Of a DNA stretch of 31,722 bases, positions 26,996 to 31,722 are shown in pieces. The notes under the pieces are model-generated. The model was not told the origin of the DNA, did not search any database, and saw only the letters and a list, made by a program, of their open reading frames with translations. The stretch lies in the IMG/VR virus record IMGVR_UViG_3300011337_000467, positions 1 through 31,722 of that record. One strand, written 5' to 3'. This DNA comes from a virus (lineage: Duplodnaviria > Heunggongvirae > Uroviricota > Caudoviricetes). The position numbers and the translations under genes were made by a program. Numbering within the stretch: the first letter of the stretch is position 1; each line of letters opens with the position of its first letter.

Positions 26996-27454
26996 ATGTG
27001 GATTTTGCACTTTCTTCCTGACGCCTTAATTTTATGGTTTTGCAACATCTTGTTGCTGACAGGTGTTGTGCTGACTGCGGCAGGATTTTTTGCGCATCGT
27101 ATTCCCGTTATATGGCAATATCAGTTGCCCTTCAAGTTCCTGGGCATTGCACTTTTGGTCTTGGGCGTGTACTTTCGCGGCGGTTATGCTGTGGAAGCAG
27201 AATGGCGTGAGCGTGTGGCCGAAGTTGAAGCAAAATTAAAAGTTGCCGAAGAAAAAAGCGCAGCAGCCAACACAAAAATAGATACTGTGGCACAGGAAAA
27301 GATTCGCGTGATTCGTGGACAAACACAAATTGTGCGACAGTATATAGATAGAGAAGTTGTGAAGTACGACACAAAATTTCTACCAGGTGGGCAGTGTGAA
27401 ATTCCACAGGAATTCATTCAAGCACATAACAAATCAGCGGAGCGAACCAAATGA
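26996..27454 (+). CDS. Putative inner-membrane spanin (Rz-like)
   Basis: N-terminal TM segments, coiled coil AEVEAKLKVAEEKS, C-terminal QCEIP.EFI.AHN.SA. Confidence 0.7.
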   Translation: MWILHFLPDALILWFCNILLLTGVVLTAAGFFAHRIPVIWQYQLPFKFLGIALLVLGVYFRGGYAVEAEWRERVAEVEAKLKVAEEKSAAANTKIDTVAQEKIRVIRGQTQIVRQYIDREVVKYDTKFLPGGQCEIPQEFIQAHNKSAERTK

Positions 27455-28527
27455 AAATTACGGACGTCATTCTAGAAGCAGCTAACTCTGCTCAACAAGC
27501 AGCCAAGGCTATTGCCATGAAAAAGGCTGGAAAGAAGCCCAAACAAGGCGTGGCGGAAGGCTCTGAGTCAGATGCTTACGGTAACACTGGTGAAAAGCAT
27601 GAATGTGGTTCTTGCGATGGCACTGGAATAGTTTCATATGATGAACTTGCGAAGGCTGCGGAATACGATGATGTGTGCCCAGAATGCGGTGGCAAAGGCT
27701 GGGTAAGAGATAAGGAATCATTGAAGAAGAAAGGCATGGCGGAGGGCTCGGGCGAATCATACATGATTATAAGAACTGATGCTGAAGGCAAGAAGGATGT
27801 GTTTGCTGGTAACTTTGACACGTATGAACAAGCACAAAAAGAATTAGATGATTGTTTGGCACACCCATTGCATACCAAGTACAAGCAAAAGTTTGAAATC
27901 AAAAGAAAAGGTGGAGAGCAAGGCATGGCGGAGGAGGCTAGTCCAATGATTAAACCACCTGCCAATAGATTTGATAACAAACAAGAAGCATTTGATTACG
28001 CTAAAGAACATGGCGGCAAAGTTTTTAAGAGCACATATATTGATCCCAATACCGGAATTAAAAACATAATTTTTGTTGTTAAAAAAGAACAAGGTGTGGC
28101 GGAACACACAGAACTTGCTGAAGAATTTGATTTAATTGAATCAATTGTTGAAATGATTGCTGAACACAATGGTGTGGATGCTGATGTAGTATGGGCGGAT
28201 TTAGAAAGTCTCACAGAAGATGAACTGTATGTGTTTGCTGTGACTTCTGACCCACTGATGGAAGACTGGCAAAAGGCCAACAAGCGTGATAAAACAGATG
28301 GCATGAGTCAAAAGGCTGTGAATGCCTATCGCAGAGAGAATCCAGGTTCAAAGCTAAAAACTGCTGTGACCACCAAGCCTTCTAAACTAAAGAAGGGCGG
28401 CAAGGCCTCCAAGCGTAGAAAGAGCTACTGCTCACGCAGCCGCGGACAAATGAAAATGCACAGCATCTCATGTGCCAAGACTCCGGACAAGGCCATTTGC
28501 AAAGCACGTAGACGTTGGAACTGCTGA
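27451..28527 (+). CDS. Modular putative head/internal polyprotein with (Q/K)G(V/M)AE linkers, CxxCxGxG zinc finger and basic C-terminal domain
   Basis: Leader MKITDVILE; four linker repeats; C-terminal AY.RENPGS.LK...RRKS.C.R...ARRRWNC resembles DUF6321-type domains (recalled, not searched). Confidence 0.75.
   Translation: MKITDVILEAANSAQQAAKAIAMKKAGKKPKQGVAEGSESDAYGNTGEKHECGSCDGTGIVSYDELAKAAEYDDVCPECGGKGWVRDKESLKKKGMAEGSGESYMIIRTDAEGKKDVFAGNFDTYEQAQKELDDCLAHPLHTKYKQKFEIKRKGGEQGMAEEASPMIKPPANRFDNKQEAFDYAKEHGGKVFKSTYIDPNTGIKNIIFVVKKEQGVAEHTELAEEFDLIESIVEMIAEHNGVDADVVWADLESLTEDELYVFAVTSDPLMEDWQKANKRDKTDGMSQKAVNAYRRENPGSKLKTAVTTKPSKLKKGGKASKRRKSYCSRSRGQMKMHSISCAKTPDKAICKARRRWNC
27544..28106 (+). 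repeat. Four dispersed in-frame copies of AAGGYRTGGCGGAR
   Basis: caaggcgtggcggaagg 27544, aaaggcatggcggaggg 27730, caaggcatggcggagga 27919, caaggtgtggcggaaca 28090; spacings 186, 189, 171 nt. Confidence 0.9.
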
Positions 28528-28528
28528 C

Positions 28529-28840
28529 ATGAAACACCATCGTGATCAAGGTCGGGTGTCCACTCTTATTGTCATTGTGTTAATGCTAATGGTTGTGATA
28601 GCCCTGTCTGCTTGTTCCACAGTAGTACCTGTCACTGCACGATTCCCAGCGCCACCAGGGCAGTCATACTTGCAGGCCTGTCCCAATCTGCAGAAACTAA
28701 AAGATCAACCACAACTGAGTGATGTCAGTCGAACCATCAACATAAACTACAGCACCTACTATGAGTGTGCTGTGAAACTGGATGCTTGGATACAGTGGTA
28801 TTCAGCACAAAAACTCATATTTGAAAGTGCAGGAAAGTAA
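28529..28840 (+). CDS. Putative outer-membrane spanin lipoprotein (Rz1-like)
   Basis: Signal peptide with lipobox LSAC; Pro-rich FPAPP; CP.L...N...Y.EC..K..AWI.WY. Confidence 0.75.
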   Translation: MKHHRDQGRVSTLIVIVLMLMVVIALSACSTVVPVTARFPAPPGQSYLQACPNLQKLKDQPQLSDVSRTININYSTYYECAVKLDAWIQWYSAQKLIFESAGK

Positions 28841-28842
28841 GC

Positions 28843-29751
28843 ATGGGATTGACCATTTCAGGTGGATTGACAATTACTGGCGGAATAAGGTTGGCCACTC
28901 CGCCACAAACTGCATCTACTGATTTCTTGCTGGTAGGTGGTGGTGGCGGAGGTGGTGGTCGTAGGGGTGGGGGTGGCGGAGCTGGAGGCTACACTGCGTA
29001 CACTGCCCAAACTTTAACTAGGAAAATAACATATACTTTTACTGTGGGAACAGGCGGAACAGCAGGTGGTGGTGCAGGTGATCCTGCCGGCGGGACCGGC
29101 GGCACATCTAGTTTGTCTGGGCCCGACATCACAACTCTCACAGTTAATGGCGGAGGTGGCGGAGGATCCAGCACAAGCGCAACTGCCGGCAACGCTGGCG
29201 TAGGTGGAGGATCTGGCGGTGGATCAGGCGGTGGAACTACCGCTGCTGGTGGATCAGGAACTGGTGGACAAGGCAACAATGGCGGCGCAGGTTCTGGAGG
29301 CACTAACCGTGGTGGTGGCGGAGGTGGTGGTGCAGGTGCTGTTGGTGGCAATGGTGCAACAACACCAACTCCTTCACCTGCAGGCACAGGCGGTAACGGA
29401 GCAACTTGGCTGGATGGCGTTACTCGCGGCGGCGGAGGCGGCGGCGGCGGTTATTTTCCTGGCGGAAACTCTAGAGCAGCAAGCGGTGGGTCTGGTGGCG
29501 GCGGTGCTGGCGGAGAAGTGATCAATACAGGCCTCGGCACAGCAGGCACCAATGCTCTGGGTGGTGGAGGCGGTGGAGGCGGGGCCGGTACTGCAACAGG
29601 TGGTGCCGGAGGCTCGGGCGTTTTTGTGTTGCGTTACGAAGACACGTTGTCTGACATACAATCAATAACCTGCGCTGATTTTACAGGTCCCACACTGTCG
29701 GGTGGATACAAATACTACACATTTCGAGCATCAGGAAGTTTTGTATTTTAA
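28843..29751 (+). CDS. Glycine-rich domain virion-associated protein
   Basis: FLLVGGGGGGG...GGGGAGG start and GG.GGSGVFVLRY end of the Gly-rich domain; N-terminal GLTISGGLTITGGI. Confidence 0.8.
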   Translation: MGLTISGGLTITGGIRLATPPQTASTDFLLVGGGGGGGGRRGGGGGAGGYTAYTAQTLTRKITYTFTVGTGGTAGGGAGDPAGGTGGTSSLSGPDITTLTVNGGGGGGSSTSATAGNAGVGGGSGGGSGGGTTAAGGSGTGGQGNNGGAGSGGTNRGGGGGGGAGAVGGNGATTPTPSPAGTGGNGATWLDGVTRGGGGGGGGYFPGGNSRAASGGSGGGGAGGEVINTGLGTAGTNALGGGGGGGGAGTATGGAGGSGVFVLRYEDTLSDIQSITCADFTGPTLSGGYKYYTFRASGSFVF

Positions 29752-29768
29752 ATTATAAAGGAAATAAA

Positions 29769-30383
29769 ATGAGCATACTATCACTCGAACAACTAAAACA
29801 AATGATAAAGAATCCTCACGTTGAACACTGGCACGAAGCACTGGATCAACTGTTGGATGACTACGAAATCAACACTCCACTACGTGTGGCACATTTTGTT
29901 GCACAATGCGCTCATGAGTCAGGAAATTTTGTTTTTATCAAAGAAAATCTCAATTACAAGGCAGCCAGCTTACAAAAGATTTTTGGTAAGTATTTTCCCA
30001 CTCCTGAATTGGCAGCTCAATACGCCAACAAGCCCGAACGCATTGCCAACAGAATATATGCCAACAGAATGGGCAACGGACCAGAAACATCAGGTGATGG
30101 TTTTAGATACTGCGGTCGTGGTCTAATTCAGTTGACAGGCAAGGACAACTACACATTCTTTGCAGGCAGCTTGAATATACCTGTAGAAGAAGCGTCAGAT
30201 TATCTGGCCACATTTGAAGGTGCCGCACAGTCAGCCTGTTGGTTCTGGGAACAGAACAATCTCAATAGATTTGCTGATGCCAACGATGTCAAGGGACTCA
30301 CACGGGCCATCAATGGTGGCTACATTGGTTTAGAAGATAGAATCAAGCACACAGAACATGCATTACACGTACTAGGAGCATGA
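29769..30383 (+). CDS. Glycoside hydrolase family 19 endolysin
   Basis: AHF.AQCAHESG.F...ENLNY, YANRMGN, GDG.RY.GRGLIQLTGK.NY, SA.WFW, TRAINGG.IGL.DR. Confidence 0.93.
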   Translation: MSILSLEQLKQMIKNPHVEHWHEALDQLLDDYEINTPLRVAHFVAQCAHESGNFVFIKENLNYKAASLQKIFGKYFPTPELAAQYANKPERIANRIYANRMGNGPETSGDGFRYCGRGLIQLTGKDNYTFFAGSLNIPVEEASDYLATFEGAAQSACWFWEQNNLNRFADANDVKGLTRAINGGYIGLEDRIKHTEHALHVLGA

Positions 30384-30384
30384 C

Positions 30385-30696
30385 ATGGCAATAGAAATTG
30401 GATCAGGAATCACAATTGGTGGTGGAATTTTTATGGGCACAGGCACCCCTCCCGGAGGTCCTTTGGTCATTCCCCTTAGCGATACAGGTGGGCTGACAGG
30501 TTGGAGTCCAACAGCCGCAGGAATACCATACAGCGCCACAGTGATTGCTACATATCCTATAGGTAGCACAATCACTTTCCAGGATGGGTCTACATCAACT
30601 ATTGCTGGGTGGGATGATTATGGTCCTACTTACATTGATATTTTCTGGGTTGGGAACAAAACTGGCAATATATTCCCAATCACACTATCAACTTGA
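30385..30696 (+). CDS. Small protein with N-terminal I.IG.GI.IGGGI motif
   Basis: 103-aa ORF; N-terminus resembles that of the 28843 protein. Confidence 0.7.
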   Translation: MAIEIGSGITIGGGIFMGTGTPPGGPLVIPLSDTGGLTGWSPTAAGIPYSATVIATYPIGSTITFQDGSTSTIAGWDDYGPTYIDIFWVGNKTGNIFPITLST

Positions 30697-30765
30697 TAAG
30701 GAAAAGATATGGCCAAAACAGAGTCGGGAGTTAACTAAATATTTGATTACACCTAGGACCACAAA

Positions 30766-31722
30766 TTGTCATCAAACATCATAACCAATAGCGATTACTC
30801 AATTAACCTGAATTCAGGTGCCAACACGTTGACTTTAACGTGCTTGTTGTCACTCACAGGCAACCTTAGTACTGGCGGCAACTTGACAGTTGCAAATAAC
30901 GCAGTGATCAATGGAAACTTGCTGGTCAACGGTAACACTACATTTATCAATACCAATGTTATCACAACCAATGACAAGTCAATCACCTTGGCCAACAATC
31001 AATCCACAGCAGCCAATGTGGACGGCGCTGGTATTGACATTGGCGTGCCCACCGTGGTTTATTGGCAGTTTAATAACGCCACTACTTCTTGGCAAACCAA
31101 CGTAAACATAACACCAGCATCCAGTAACAGTTTGAACTTGGGCGGCACCGCCAATTACTGGAATACCGCATACATTAACACAGTCAGCTTTACGACTGCA
31201 AACGTCACTGGCAATATCACAGGTGGCAACCTTTTGACTGGTGGGTTGATCAGTGCAACTGGTAATATAACTGGAAACAACATTAGTGCAGGCGGCCTGG
31301 TCAGCGTAGTAGGCAACATTACCAGCGGCAATGTTAGCACCACATCACTCACAGGAACCACAATATCAGCAAGCGCAAATATAGATGCTGGCAATTTGTT
31401 AACAAGTGGATTGATATCTGCAACTGGGAACATTGACGCTAGTAATGTAAATGCAGTCACTGGGATAGGCACTAGTACTTTGACAATGTCTGGTAATTTT
31501 ATTACCACAGGAAATATTTTTCAAACTAATTCGTTTGGGTTTATTAGTACTACTGGAAATATCGTTGGCGGTAATTTAACCATTGGAAGTGGCTTTACTG
31601 GTAATATTTCTGCTATTGGCAACATACGTGGTGGCAACATCTTAACTGCCGGTTTGATTTCAGCAACTGGTAACATTACTGGTGGCAACGTGACCACAGC
31701 AGGATTGACCAACACAGCAAGT
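30766..31722 (+). CDS. Tail-fibre-like protein, 3'-partial (absent from ORF track)
   Basis: TTG start with AGGA RBS and TAAATA at 30736; frame read open to the window end; GNLLVNGNTTFINT..I..NDK.I.L and TGNITGGN repeats. Confidence 0.85.
   Translation, partial: MSSNIITNSDYSINLNSGANTLTLTCLLSLTGNLSTGGNLTVANNAVINGNLLVNGNTTFINTNVITTNDKSITLANNQSTAANVDGAGIDIGVPTVVYWQFNNATTSWQTNVNITPASSNSLNLGGTANYWNTAYINTVSFTTANVTGNITGGNLLTGGLISATGNITGNNISAGGLVSVVGNITSGNVSTTSLTGTTISASANIDAGNLLTSGLISATGNIDASNVNAVTGIGTSTLTMSGNFITTGNIFQTNSFGFISTTGNIVGGNLTIGSGFTGNISAIGNIRGGNILTAGLISATGNITGGNVTTAGLTNTAS

Noticed and set aside
27544-28106. Linker repeats as a CRISPR array or DGR template/variable repeats
   Set aside because: Intervals of 171-189 nt are in-frame coding modules; no adenine-specific variant pair and no reverse transcriptase in the window.
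28940-29620. GGT/GGC microsatellite-like runs
   Set aside because: Explained by the poly-Gly coding of the glycine-rich domain.
29769-30383. Chitinase as an auxiliary metabolic gene
   Set aside because: Phage GH19 proteins near spanins are established peptidoglycan-degrading endolysins.
1-31722. Alternative genetic code (stop-codon reassignment), as in some large phages
   Set aside because: Conserved proteins are full length in code 11, and TAA, TGA and TAG all occur at natural gene ends.
1-31722. tRNA/rRNA genes, integrase or transposase
   Set aside because: Intergenic gaps are short and accounted for by promoters or terminators; no cloverleaf or recombinase motifs recognised by eye (a tRNAscan/Infernal run would confirm).

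Overview
This 31.7-kb window is a fragment of a large lytic myovirus-like dsDNA phage, probably T4-superfamily-related, infecting a Gram-negative host (spanin pair, sigma70 promoters, AGGAG RBSs). It reads in genetic code 11, and nearly all genes are on the + strand. (i) 1-8.3 kb: early/accessory genes driven by near-consensus sigma70 promoters, starting with an array of repeated promoter+RBS cassettes. It includes an entericidin-like lipoprotein, an Hc1-like protein, YccA/BI-1, an AbrB-like protein, NadE, a SleB-type hydrolase and a WYL_2-like protein. (ii) 8.3-9.4 kb: IF-1, Fe/Mn SOD and ErpA/IscA. (iii) 9.4-16.8 kb: tail/baseplate structural genes. (iv) 16.8-26.9 kb: replication and metabolism genes, namely a DnaE fragment ending just before the catalytic motif, GroES, a Trp-halogenase-like flavoprotein, a clamp loader, SGNH-like proteins, a HAD nucleotidase, PhoH and a CysC-like kinase/nucleotidyltransferase fusion. 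(v) 27-31.7 kb: lysis and virion genes (separated spanins, GH19 endolysin, Gly-rich and fibre proteins). The most striking element is a 358-aa protein built of unrelated ~60-aa modules joined by a DNA-level repeat (AAGGYRTGGCGGAR) encoding (Q/K)G(V/M)AE. It has a T4-like capsid-targeting leader, and it may be a cassette-built polyprotein of head-packaged cargo. A similar leader is present on the SOD. Family assignments come from motif recognition only; no database searches were run. No tRNA, rRNA, CRISPR array or mobile element was recognised.
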